Virus record (IMG/VR): IMGVR_UViG_3300028886_001681
Location: 1-64,000 of that record
Length of the DNA: 64,000 nucleotides
Direction: 5' to 3' (one strand)
Origin: a virus
Lineage: Duplodnaviria; Caudoviricetes
Positions 9,014-18,404 of the stretch are shown one piece after another (positions within the stretch are counted from its first letter, which is position 1; each line of letters starts with the position of its first letter). The notes beneath the pieces were generated by a model. It saw only the letters and a program-made list of their open reading frames with translations, had not been told where the DNA came from and searched no databases. A program made the position numbers and the translations under genes.

Positions 9014-10361
9014 ATGCCTAAAGGGAATAGTATTACGAAAATTAAAAATGGTAAAGTGGTCTTTTCAAAAGAAGTTTTGGAATACTTTGAGAATTTAAGA
9101 AATGAAGAAAATTCAGAATGGATTGACAAATATTTTAAAGTTTTATCGAATTCTTCGAATTTTAATGCCGAAAAATACAATATTCATCATATAAGGCCTT
9201 GCTTTACATTTAAAGATAAAGAACATAAAAATAGAAAACAAACTGAAATTTTAGCAGATGAATTTAATGAAAATTTAATTAAATTGTCGATTTATAATCA
9301 TATTAAAGCCCATTATTTTTTATGGAAAATATTCGATGATTGGGATTCAAGACATGCGATTCAACAAATGTGCGGATTAAAGATATATATTAATGATTTG
9401 TCTGAAGATGAATTAAATGAAATTGCGTTGATGAAAGAAGAATGTGCTAAAAAGAACAAAACTAAAGAAGAAAAGTTGGAAGATTCAAGAAATTACAAAA
9501 GAAAGCATAAAGATAGAATAAAAGAAACGAAGAGAAAATATGAAAAAGAAAATAAAGATAAAAAATCAAAATGGGGAGCCACTTATAGAAAAAAGCATGC
9601 TAAAAAAATCACCAAATATAAAAAAGAAAATAAAGAGCGTTTAAGTAAACAAACTAAAGAACATAATGAACAAAAATGCTATGACTCTAAAGAAAACGAT
9701 ATATGTACTTTACGAGCATTGCAAAAAAGAAAACGAAAGAATGTTGAAAAATATAAAGATATAATTCCTAATGATTGTATTTTCAAAACAGAAGAAGAAT
9801 ATTTACAAAAGCAAAAAGAATTAGATGGCAAAGAAAAAGAAAGAATTAAATTTGAAGAAAAATATGGAAAAAATCTATGTTTTGACCCCAAAGAAATAAA
9901 TATTTGTGTTTTACGAACATTACAAGATAGAAAGCGAAAATATCTTGAAAAATATAAAGATACAAACCCCTAGAGATTGCATAATTAAATCTGAAGAAGA
10001 ATATCTACAAAAGAAACTCGAATGCGAAAAACATGAATCTGAAAAGAAGAAGGCACAAAGAGAACATTTATTACAGTATAAGAAAGATTATTATCAGAAA
10101 AATAAAGAACGATGTTCTGAAAATAATAAAAAGAATTACGAACAGAATAAAGAGAAATATCAAGAAAGAAAGAACGAATACGCAAAAACTCACAAAAAAG
10201 AAATTTTGGCATATAAACGACAATTTAATGCTAGAATGTGTTATGACCCAAAAGAAAATGATTATTGCACTTTGAATACATTATATTCTCGAAAATACGC
10301 AAATAAAGAAAAATACAAAGATGTGATTCCTAAAGATTGCATAATCAAAGAGCAAATTTAA
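9014..10361 (+). mobile_element. Free-standing HNH homing endonuclease with repeated C-terminal domains; split by a +1 frameshift at CCC-TAG (9968-9973)
   Basis: HHIRP...NLIKL..NH.KAH HNH motif. Three CxDxKE..ICxL..L..RK...EKYKD..P.DCI repeats continue across the frame change. Strongly AT-rich. Confidence 0.75.
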
Positions 10362-10368
10362 TAATCAG

Positions 10369-10397
10369 AAGGGCGGACTTAAAAATCCGCCCTTTTT
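10369..10397. terminator. Terminator between convergent genes
   Basis: AAGGGCGGA-cttaaaaa-TCCGCCCTTTTT. Confidence 0.8.
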
Positions 10398-10400
10398 AAT

Positions 10401-11063
10401 TCATTCTTCCTCTTGCTTGCTCTTGTCGTTTTCGGACGAGAGGTAGGTGTATGCGTTGTTCAACATTGTGATTTCGGTGAATCGATTTTGAATTGTGTCT
10501 TCCACATCCTTGCCTTCTTTAATCTTGTCCAAAATTCCCAACACATTGCAAAATGCGTTCTTGGGGGTGAAGTTCAATTCTTCCGCCTCTGCGGATTTTT
10601 CTTCCTTGAGTTCTTCCGTGAGCGCGTCGACATTTGTTTGCAATCTTGATGCGCTTTCTAGCACCTCATTCACTTCATCCAATCTTCCCAATTTGTCTTC
10701 GTCGAAACCAATTGTGATATGAATTCCCAAGTTGTCCATTGCCTTCAAATAAGGCTCCAAAAACTCTCGGTCTCCGATTTCGCGAAGGTTTTCCACGATT
10801 TCGGCCAATTTCATGAATGTGGGCGAAATTTTGTCTTTGTCCTTCTTATCCTTGTCCAACTTTAGAGGGTTTCCGTTCTCCCAATTCGCGCCCTTGTAGT
10901 GGCGGTAGTCCTTGGCTTTTTTGATTACTGAAGGCTTCACCCCAATCTTCTTGGCGCAATCCTTCATGATTGAATTCATCGTCTTGCTAAACTTTTTTCT
11001 GTCCGCCAAAGTCTCCAACGAATCGTCCAAAAGTTCCGTGATTTTTTTCGCGTTTTCGTTCAT
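10401..11063 (-). CDS. Probable DNA-binding protein with two T4 DsbA/GapR-like halves
   Basis: Two helical segments, IMKDCAKKIGVKPSVIKK and KSAEAEELNFTPKNAFCNVL; similarity judged by eye. Confidence 0.5.
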   Translation of the reverse strand: MNENAKKITELLDDSLETLADRKKFSKTMNSIMKDCAKKIGVKPSVIKKAKDYRHYKGANWENGNPLKLDKDKKDKDKISPTFMKLAEIVENLREIGDREFLEPYLKAMDNLGIHITIGFDEDKLGRLDEVNEVLESASRLQTNVDALTEELKEEKSAEAEELNFTPKNAFCNVLGILDKIKEGKDVEDTIQNRFTEITMLNNAYTYLSSENDKSKQEEE

Positions 11064-11081
11064 ATATGCTTCTCCTTTTGT

Positions 11082-11261
11082 TTAGCGGTCGAAGTGGCCG
11101 TCTTTGTGGAATTTAATTTGCTTGTCCTTGTTCTTCTTTGACGCGAAGTTTTTGACCTTCTTCGACATCATTCGAGAAACATCTCCGCCGAATTCCTCTT
11201 CGATTTCGTCAATTTCGTAATCGAACTCTTCCGCCAAATCCATTTCGTTGGACTTTTTCAT
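11082..11261 (-). CDS. Hypothetical small protein (59 aa)
   Basis: MKKSNEMDLAEEF...; SD AAGGAG; TTGACA-type promoter upstream. Confidence 0.6.
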   Translation of the reverse strand: MKKSNEMDLAEEFDYEIDEIEEEFGGDVSRMMSKKVKNFASKKNKDKQIKFHKDGHFDR

Positions 11262-11399
11262 TTTCTTTCAATCTCCTTGGTTTTATTTTCAAGGCTCGTC
11301 CTAGCCTTGAATGGACAAATAATACTTCAATTTAAGAAAAATGTCAAGGAATTTTTGCAAATTTTTTGAAAGAAATCCGCTTGATTTTTTCTCGAAATA

Positions 11400-11406
11400 T
11401 AACTAT
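11400..11406 (+). promoter_or_regulatory. Putative late promoter (YAACTAT)
   Basis: TAACTAT upstream of the structural operon starting at 11454. Confidence 0.6.
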
Positions 11407-11453
11407 CTTATTGAAAGAATATTTTGTTTTTCAAGAAAAATAGGAGATGAAAC

Positions 11454-12356
11454 ATGGCAGACAATAATGGCTCTCAGACAATAACATTCAACTACCAACA
11501 AGAAGGAACCTCGTTGGGATTCAACGGACTTTTGAACAATGTAGTGGCGAACGGAGTGATTAGCGGAGGAACTTTGGTGAAATACAGTTCCAATGTCGTC
11601 AAAATTAAGCCTTTGGAGATGATTATTTCGGATTCCGCCAAAAACGCGACAATTCATTTGAAAACTACGGACGACGCTGAAGTTGTCGTGGAGCAAGGAA
11701 AACCTTACATTGTAGCCTCATTCACTTGGATGAATGTCACCCAAAATTATGTGAAATTTGAAGCCAAAGCCTCCTCCGATTTTGGAACTGACGATATTAT
11801 TTTAGGAAAATGCGAATACACAGGCGGAACATTGGAGGACAAACTCGACTATACTTGCCGTATGTGGTCGCCCATTTATAGAAATAACGACTTCACCATG
11901 AACGCTTACAACTCGATGTACTCTAGCCTCACGGTAACTGAACTCCCTAGCACCAACGATTTGGGATTTGTCGTGAACAGAGGAAAAGCGGTGATTAACG
12001 GTCGAGAGGTCGTAGTCAATTCTCCGATTAGCGTGACTTTAGTGAATAGCCCCTCGTCAGACCCATATTACTTCAACGGAGCGGTAACGAACAAGAGAAT
12101 AGACATTATCGTAATGTATGAAAGTGGAACTGTCGGATATATAATGGGAATTGACGAAGCGTCGCCGACAATGCCGCAAGCCCCCTCGAACGCTTTGTTG
12201 TTGGCGAAAGTTACCTTGGAAGATAGAGTAAGCACCTCAAGAATTTACGGGCACGAAATCACAAATTTCAACAACAACAACTTCATGAGTTTTTCTCCGT
12301 CCGTAGGAAAGAAAGTCGGAGCCGACATCGTGAATCCCCACACTTTGTATATTTAG
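11454..12356 (+). CDS. Virion structural protein (baseplate or tail-fibre attachment-like)
   Basis: Beta-rich and N/S/T/V-rich; GVISGG and RIDII...G...P..P..ALLLAKVTL patterns seen in phage baseplate and fibre proteins. Confidence 0.6.
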   Translation: MADNNGSQTITFNYQQEGTSLGFNGLLNNVVANGVISGGTLVKYSSNVVKIKPLEMIISDSAKNATIHLKTTDDAEVVVEQGKPYIVASFTWMNVTQNYVKFEAKASSDFGTDDIILGKCEYTGGTLEDKLDYTCRMWSPIYRNNDFTMNAYNSMYSSLTVTELPSTNDLGFVVNRGKAVINGREVVVNSPISVTLVNSPSSDPYYFNGAVTNKRIDIIVMYESGTVGYIMGIDEASPTMPQAPSNALLLAKVTLEDRVSTSRIYGHEITNFNNNNFMSFSPSVGKKVGADIVNPHTLYI

Positions 12357-12374
12357 CCTAAATGGAGGACATAT

Positions 12375-12536
12375 ATGGAAAACATGAACGAACAGAAGAT
12401 TGAGGAAAAAGTGACCCTCAATGGAAAGGAAATGACGAAGGAAGAATTCGAGAGCGAGAGAAAATCCTTGACCGAAAAGAAGATTCAAATCGTGGAAACA
12501 TCGAAGAACACATTCGTCACTAGAATGTTGGACTAG
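12375..12536 (+). CDS. Hypothetical small protein (53 aa)
   Basis: MENMNEQKIEEK...; SD GGAGG. Confidence 0.65.
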   Translation: MENMNEQKIEEKVTLNGKEMTKEEFESERKSLTEKKIQIVETSKNTFVTRMLD

Positions 12537-12547
12537 AGGGATTTTGT

Positions 12548-13087
12548 ATGGCTAGGACGATACAAGACTGCCTCGCTAGAAGGCTTTGGAAATTCCAAAG
12601 AAAAATGGAGGACAACTTCATAAATGTTAGCGGAACAAGGTGTCGTTGCGCCATAGTCGAGGTGGAGTTCGACAAATACCAAAACACTTATCAAAATGTG
12701 AGTTTGAGCGGATTCGCAAATGTGTTGATGGATTTCCCTGATGACGACATTCCGACATCGACTATGAATTCCAATTCGTCATCATCAACACAAAGCAATG
12801 TCTTGCACATGTACGACATTTTGCCCATTTCCGCTTATTTCAAGAACGAAGATATAATGAAGTACAACATAAGGAAGGATTCTGTAATTCTTCTGAAACT
12901 CCGCAACTTCGACGAATCGTTTCAAATACTCAAACTTCAAGTGACCGATTCTGTGTCCAAAGGCAACGCGTCTAGCGGAGTGTATCACCACAACTTCACG
13001 GTCGCTCCAATCACATCATATCAACTGTTGAACGACGACAACTTCGTGTCGTTGGTAGAACAGTTGAAAAACTCCGACGAATGGTGA
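12548..13087 (+). CDS. Hypothetical virion protein (head or tail completion-like)
   Basis: 179 aa in a structural operon; function inferred from context. Confidence 0.55.
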   Translation: MARTIQDCLARRLWKFQRKMEDNFINVSGTRCRCAIVEVEFDKYQNTYQNVSLSGFANVLMDFPDDDIPTSTMNSNSSSSTQSNVLHMYDILPISAYFKNEDIMKYNIRKDSVILLKLRNFDESFQILKLQVTDSVSKGNASSGVYHHNFTVAPITSYQLLNDDNFVSLVEQLKNSDEW

Positions 13088-13092
13088 ATTAC

Positions 13093-13896
13093 CTATTTGA
13101 ATGTCATTTTTATTTTAGGAAGAATGGAAGCCATTTGAGCCGACAGTTGAGGAGAGGTGTGATTGTTCGGCGAGCCTGTGGTAGTGAGAGTGGCCAAGTC
13201 TTGGCATATCTCGGTGAGTATCGCCCCCAATGTGGCGACTGTGTTTCCTATTTCAAGCAACGACGATGTTTTGGATTTTAACGAAATCGAACTCATTGCG
13301 GATATATCCAATGTCGAGTTGCAGTTGACGGAACGCTTGTTTTTATAATTGGTCGAGGAGTTTCCTTTCACCTCGACATTTTCTCTTCCATCAATGATTT
13401 CATTTTTATTTCCTTTTATGGATGTCTTTTCATTCTTCGAGATTTCCTTCACCAAGTCGCCGTCTTTATCTATATATATCAAAGTCCCCACGCTATTCAC
13501 GATTCCGCTAGAGCCGTCCGAATTGTTGTGGAAGACCAATGTTCCGTCCAAGAAATACTTGAAGTCAACATTCTTGTATTCGGTGTTTATTTTCTCACAC
13601 TTGGCCAACAAACCGCTAACCTTAGAGAAGTCGAACAAATTGTAAAAGTATCGGTTCGACAAGTAGTAGAACCGTTTCCAATATTTGTCCACCAAGACCC
13701 ATACTTGAGAGCCTTCTTTCGGCAGATGTATTTCCCAAGTTCCGTCGGAAATGTTGGAGATTAGAGGAATCGCCCAAGGAAGCAAACTTTTGTCCCAACC
13801 GTCCGAAACGGACTCTATGGACACTTGTATTGCCCCTTTTTTGTTGGGGTCGTCTATTGAGACTACCTTCGCAGTATGTAAAGTAAGGTCGAACAT
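13093..13896 (-). CDS. Baseplate spike/hub protein (gp5/gpV-like)
   Basis: AKVVSIDDPNKKGAIQV...LPWA.P...HLPKEGSQVWV OB-fold, then IKGNKNEIIDG beta-helix repeats and a C-terminal TTGSP. Confidence 0.85.
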   Translation of the reverse strand: MFDLTLHTAKVVSIDDPNKKGAIQVSIESVSDGWDKSLLPWAIPLISNISDGTWEIHLPKEGSQVWVLVDKYWKRFYYLSNRYFYNLFDFSKVSGLLAKCEKINTEYKNVDFKYFLDGTLVFHNNSDGSSGIVNSVGTLIYIDKDGDLVKEISKNEKTSIKGNKNEIIDGRENVEVKGNSSTNYKNKRSVNCNSTLDISAMSSISLKSKTSSLLEIGNTVATLGAILTEICQDLATLTTTGSPNNHTSPQLSAQMASILPKIKMTFK

Positions 13897-13915
13897 ATGT
13901 GTATCCTAACGATTA

Positions 13916-14671
13916 TCAACGCATAATGCAATAGGTACTGTTATTTTGCATCCATTCCCGAAGGTCGTCGTACTTCTCTTTGTTAGAATCGTAGACCTCC
14001 CCCACGTCAATGCTCAAAGGCAAGTCGCTATTCTGAAGTTTAAGTATCTCTGCGAACCGCATGGCCAAAGCGTATTGACAAAGATTGAGATAACGAACTC
14101 TCAACCTTCTAGGGATAGACTCTTCGGATTCGCCATAGCAACCAGCATCAACAGAAACTGTGCCGACTAAAGTACTCTTGCATACGATGCGGTCATTCAA
14201 TTCGTCGTAATACGCGTAGAAACTTTTGTTTGAGTTCTGCAATGCTTTGTTGAAAAATTGTTGTTGTGAACTTGAAAAATAATACGAATTTATGTCGTAT
14301 GGAAGGCCGTAATTCCTCATCGTGCTAGAGGAAACGCTTGTTATGGTTGATGTGTAGAAGGGGTTTCCGCTCATAAGATTCATATTTCCGCCTCCGCTCT
14401 CAACGAACGCGCTATGAACTATCCCTAGACAGTTTTTAGGAGCGTCTACGGAAATCTCGCTCGTTCCGCTAACAGGAACTCCGACATTGACGACCAAAGG
14501 AAAATAATTGAAGAACACTTCCGCCTCGCGGCCGCAAATGTTTTCTTTAATCCAACTGTCCTCGAACAATTCGCTCAATGTGTCGTTGTCCACCAAAGGA
14601 TAGCCTATGCTTTCCTTAACCTTGTCGAGAAAATTGTTTGATACCTCGAAATTACTCAAATAGGTCGCCAT
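13916..14671 (-). CDS. Neck or head-tail adaptor-like virion protein
   Basis: IGYPLV N-terminus, 251 aa, structural context; tentative. Confidence 0.5.
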   Translation of the reverse strand: MATYLSNFEVSNNFLDKVKESIGYPLVDNDTLSELFEDSWIKENICGREAEVFFNYFPLVVNVGVPVSGTSEISVDAPKNCLGIVHSAFVESGGGNMNLMSGNPFYTSTITSVSSSTMRNYGLPYDINSYYFSSSQQQFFNKALQNSNKSFYAYYDELNDRIVCKSTLVGTVSVDAGCYGESEESIPRRLRVRYLNLCQYALAMRFAEILKLQNSDLPLSIDVGEVYDSNKEKYDDLREWMQNNSTYCIMR

Positions 14672-14690
14672 TGAAACTTCTCCTAAAAAG

Positions 14691-14697
14691 ATAGTTA
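14691..14697 (-). promoter_or_regulatory. Putative late promoter (YAACTAT)
   Basis: TAACTAT overlapping the amidase stop codon, upstream of SD AGGAG. Confidence 0.55.
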
Positions 14698-15348
14698 TGC
14701 TATTGAGAACGGAGAGATTGACAAATTCAATTCCCTCAATGCGTCGATTCTTTCTGAAACCCTATACTTGAAGGCAATCCACTGCGACTCGTCCTCCACG
14801 AAGAACTTGGGACAAAGTTTTCCTGTTATATCGAAGTGTCGGTACAAGTCGCCGACTCCCAATCCGTATTCCATGAGAAGTTGCGAGCACAAATTCGAGG
14901 CGGACTTCAATGTCTCTTCGCTAAAGCCCTTCTCGTCGTGGCACATTTCGATTCCAATCGTGGTGTAGTTGGGGTATGAGCCTAACTTTTCTTGAATTCC
15001 TTCCTTGTATCTCAACGCTCCGCAATGATAGGCCACTTCGTCGTTGGGGATGCATTGAACCACCTTTCCGTCTTGGCCGACCACATAATGGGCGGACGCG
15101 TAGATTTCATTTTTCCCTTCCTTCAAACTCTCAAAGTAGTTCACTGTCTGCTCAGGTTTTTGGTTGTTCGCCCCCACATAATGCACCACGATTCCCAAAA
15201 CCTTATCCAACTTCCTTCCGCACCTAGAGTACTTGTTCTCTGTCAACCATTTTTCGACAATCATAATCTTCTCCTCTTTCATATCCGCCTTCTTCTTTTT
15301 GAAAAGAGAGGCTATCGCATTTAAGACATGCAAAATCAACTCAAACAT
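14695..15348 (-). CDS. Endolysin, N-acetylmuramoyl-L-alanine amidase (Amidase_2)
   Basis: IVVHY, SAHYVV, AYHCG, IGIEMC and RHFDITGKLCP motifs. Confidence 0.92.
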   Translation of the reverse strand: MFELILHVLNAIASLFKKKKADMKEEKIMIVEKWLTENKYSRCGRKLDKVLGIVVHYVGANNQKPEQTVNYFESLKEGKNEIYASAHYVVGQDGKVVQCIPNDEVAYHCGALRYKEGIQEKLGSYPNYTTIGIEMCHDEKGFSEETLKSASNLCSQLLMEYGLGVGDLYRHFDITGKLCPKFFVEDESQWIAFKYRVSERIDALRELNLSISPFSIA

Positions 15349-15354
15349 TCAAAA

Positions 15355-15915
15355 TTACCACAACTTGAGCACGAGTCTTCCGCCGTTCCAAGCGATTTCC
15401 GCGCAGACCAATGTGGCCACTCCGCAACCTATCAACAGCTTGCCTTCGCTCTCCCTTCCGTTGGCGTAAAGGCACACCCCTCCGACTAGGGAAGGAACGC
15501 AAGCGATTGGAATCAACGCGTTCACGAAGATGTTGGCTCTTTTCAAACGGCTTTCCATCCGCGATACATAAGCCTTGTATCTGTCCAATTCCTCTTGCAT
15601 GTCGCCCAACACAGAAATGATTTCATGGGTGTCCTCTTTGTTCGACTCCAACGCCTTCTTGATTGACGCGATGTTCTCTTCCATGGCTTCAATCTTGGCA
15701 TTGCAAGACTCGACCGCCTTCTCCATTTGGGCGGAATACAAGGACAAATTCTTGTTGTCCTCTTGGAGAGATTGAATTGTCAAGCGAATCGACATCATCT
15801 CATCGCCTAAAGCGTCCAACAACTTGTCTTGCTCCTCGACCTTGTTGACTATCGACTCTTGGGCGGACAAAATTGAAACGAAAGTTAGCGCTAACGCGAA
15901 CAAGAATTTTTTCAT
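15355..15915 (-). CDS. Signal-peptide coiled-coil protein with C-terminal hydrophobic helices (lysis accessory?)
   Basis: MKKFLFALAL signal peptide, long heptad region and two hydrophobic segments; adjacent to the endolysin. Confidence 0.65.
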   Translation of the reverse strand: MKKFLFALALTFVSILSAQESIVNKVEEQDKLLDALGDEMMSIRLTIQSLQEDNKNLSLYSAQMEKAVESCNAKIEAMEENIASIKKALESNKEDTHEIISVLGDMQEELDRYKAYVSRMESRLKRANIFVNALIPIACVPSLVGGVCLYANGRESEGKLLIGCGVATLVCAEIAWNGGRLVLKLW

Positions 15916-16319
15916 TGGCTTATCTCCTTGGACACTGAAAGTATGTAGGCCTTTAAGACCTTTTGGTTCTCTTTAATTAAGGTCAATGTGTCGAATATTG
16001 ATGTGGCGGAGTTCCCCATTTCGTCCAACTTGTCCCTAGTGGAAATGGTCAACTCGTTTATGTTTCCGATTGTTTTCTTCATGCTCTTGTTCTCGGACTT
16101 TAATTGGGAGCACAACCTTTCTTGTTCCTCGTTCAAGGTAATCAACTCTTCGTTCCTTTTCTCAAGTTCGGAAACCTTTTCGTTCAATATTTTCAAGTCC
16201 TCGTCCAATTTCGTGGATTCGGAAATTCCCTTCGTGGCGGAAAAGCGACCCAAGAAAAAGGCGGTCGCTAACAAAGCCGATGCGATTAAGACTGTCCAAA
16301 CAATTGATTTAATTTTCAT
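15912..16319 (-). CDS. Inner-spanin-like membrane-anchored coiled-coil protein
   Basis: N-terminal TM helix followed by a coiled coil; in the lysis operon. Confidence 0.6.
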   Translation of the reverse strand: MKIKSIVWTVLIASALLATAFFLGRFSATKGISESTKLDEDLKILNEKVSELEKRNEELITLNEEQERLCSQLKSENKSMKKTIGNINELTISTRDKLDEMGNSATSIFDTLTLIKENQKVLKAYILSVSKEISQ

Positions 16320-16337
16320 AAAAACCTCTCGCTCCAA

Positions 16338-16344
16338 ATAGTTA
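16338..16344 (-). promoter_or_regulatory. Putative late promoter (YAACTAT) for the lysis operon
   Basis: TAACTAT upstream of SD GAGG and ATG 16319. Confidence 0.6.
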
Positions 16345-16411
16345 GAAATTTTCAAAAAATCGTTGCTTTTTTTGAGCGGTTTCGCTAAAATAAGACAATC
16401 TTGGAGGAAAC

Positions 16412-16813
16412 ATGAGGTTCTATTACAAAAAATCGGAATGGCGCTTCGCTAGCCCTAGAAGCGTGTCGCTTTTGAAGGAGATGATTTTGGACGAAGGGTT
16501 TGCCAACAAGTCCTTGTTTGGAAAAAAATATTTGACGGTAAAGCAATGCTCTCGCATACTGTATGGATTGAACCAATCATATGTCGTTTGGGGCGACGAC
16601 GAATACAAGGCTTTCATAACCGAAAAATTGAAGAAAGAGACCGAGGAATACTATACCACGATGATGTCAAACTCGAAGGGCAACAAGGTGTCGATTAGTA
16701 GAGAGAACATAAGTGCGGTCAAGACGGACTTCTTGATTCTGTTGAACCAATTCGCCTCGATTGTTTCGTCAATGGTCATGGACGGACAGAAGAAAGTTTA
16801 CTTTGAGGAATAG
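16412..16813 (+). CDS. Hypothetical protein
   Basis: 133 aa, SD GGAGG, TTGCTT-17-TAAAAT promoter upstream. Confidence 0.7.
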   Translation: MRFYYKKSEWRFASPRSVSLLKEMILDEGFANKSLFGKKYLTVKQCSRILYGLNQSYVVWGDDEYKAFITEKLKKETEEYYTTMMSNSKGNKVSISRENISAVKTDFLILLNQFASIVSSMVMDGQKKVYFEE

Positions 16814-16816
16814 CAA

Positions 16817-17308
16817 ATGACCCATTTCGAGTTGTGCAAAAAGACGGCAGAAAGGTTCGTTTCGTCGGTGGCTTTATTCGAAGTTTCAATGATGGGAATA
16901 CCAGAGAAACCTGATGTGTTGGACTTCAACTCTAGCGGACGGAGCACACTGTATGAAATCAAGATGAGTCGTTCGGATTTCTTGGCCGACAAAAAGAAGT
17001 ACTCTAGAACCACGGAAGCGTGGTTCGGAGAGAAACGGTATTTTGTGTGCGACGGAGATTTCATCAAGGCGGAGGAAGTTCCGCAAGGTTGGGGTTTGTA
17101 CCACTTTAAGAACGGAAAGTTCCGCAAAATCAAGGAATCCGACAAGTTCTTCACAGAAGATTTGGAGCAAAAGGAAATGTATCGACACAACACCGAACTT
17201 TTGTTAAACCACATAATTTGCGAGAAGGAAAATATTGTTTTCTCCAAGCGGATTTTGGAGAATAGGGAATATTTCAGAAAACTAAAGGAGAGCAAGAAAA
17301 ATGATTAA
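16817..17308 (+). CDS. PD-(D/E)xK nuclease-fold protein (MmcB-like)
   Basis: EKPDV...YEIKMSRSDFLADKKK...GEKRYF...EVPQGWGL. Confidence 0.7.
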   Translation: MTHFELCKKTAERFVSSVALFEVSMMGIPEKPDVLDFNSSGRSTLYEIKMSRSDFLADKKKYSRTTEAWFGEKRYFVCDGDFIKAEEVPQGWGLYHFKNGKFRKIKESDKFFTEDLEQKEMYRHNTELLLNHIICEKENIVFSKRILENREYFRKLKESKKND

Positions 17309-17867
17309 ACTGTTCTGCGGTTCGATGTATAGCGGGAAATCCGAAAGTTTGGTTCGCGATATGATTAAACTCACTTACGCCAAGAAGAAGATTTTGTTCG
17401 TGAGACCTGTGATTGACGACAGAGGATACATCACCCATTCAAGAAGCGACTTCAAGTTGAGCGACGCTATTGAGAAAGGGAAGATTGAGGTCGCCTTCTT
17501 GAAACGGTTTGACGGAGAGACCATAGACAAAATTCTCAACGAGCGCTACGACGCGGTGTTCATCGACGAGTATTTCATGATTGAGAACAACCGCGAGTTG
17601 TTGGAATTCATTTTGAAGAACGAAGCGGACACAGATGTCTACTTTGGAGGGTTAATTGCCGACTCCGACGCAAAGATGTTCGACGAGGCGATTGAAATAC
17701 TTCCTTTATGCGACGAAATCGAGAAGTTGAACGGAGTGTGCACGGAATGTGGCTCTATGTTGGGAAACTACTCTTATTACAAGGGAACGAAGTCTAGCCA
17801 AATCGAGGTGGGCGACGCGAAGTATGAGTGCGTCTGCGGAAAGTGCTATTTCGGAGGAATGAAATGA
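17301..17867 (+). CDS. tdk: Thymidine kinase
   Basis: GSMYSGKS Walker A, FIDEY, CTEC and CVCGKCY zinc site. Confidence 0.92.
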   Translation: MIKLFCGSMYSGKSESLVRDMIKLTYAKKKILFVRPVIDDRGYITHSRSDFKLSDAIEKGKIEVAFLKRFDGETIDKILNERYDAVFIDEYFMIENNRELLEFILKNEADTDVYFGGLIADSDAKMFDEAIEILPLCDEIEKLNGVCTECGSMLGNYSYYKGTKSSQIEVGDAKYECVCGKCYFGGMK

Positions 17868-18404
17868 TTGATTCGAAATCAATTCTGTATTCTAAAGGTT
17901 CAAATGATGAATGTTACACTCCAATGGGGGGGGGTCTATCCTATCTTAAAATATATTCCAAAAGATTGGGTGGTTTGGTGTCCATTCGATACAGAAGAAA
18001 GTAATTTTGTGAAACTTATTTCTAAACAAAACAAAGTCATTCGTAGCCATATATCGGAAGGAAAGGATTTCTATAATTACGAACCTACGGAGCATTGGGA
18101 TTGCATCATAAGCAATCCGCCATTCACAAACAAAAGAAAAATATTTGAAAGGGTGTTGTCGTTCAACAAGCCATTCGCTTTAATCATGAGCAACACATGG
18201 TTGAACGACTCCGCACCAAAACAGATATTCAAAGAAAAAGATTTGCAACTCTTGATGTTTGAAGAAAGAATGAAGTTTATGAATGATGGAAAAGTGAATA
18301 ATAAAATTACTTTTTCAAGTTCATATTATTGTTGGAATTTTCTACCGAAACAAATAATCATGGATAGTCTTAAAAATTACAATGAGGGTGTATTTAATCT
18401 TTAA
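17864..18404 (+). pseudogene. DNA adenine/N4-cytosine methyltransferase, out of frame at a G9 tract (possibly phase-variable)
   Basis: The frame from ATG 17864 gives NDECYTP. After G9 (17926-17934) another frame gives VYPILKY...WCPFD...SNPPF. A G8 tract would join them. Confidence 0.8.
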
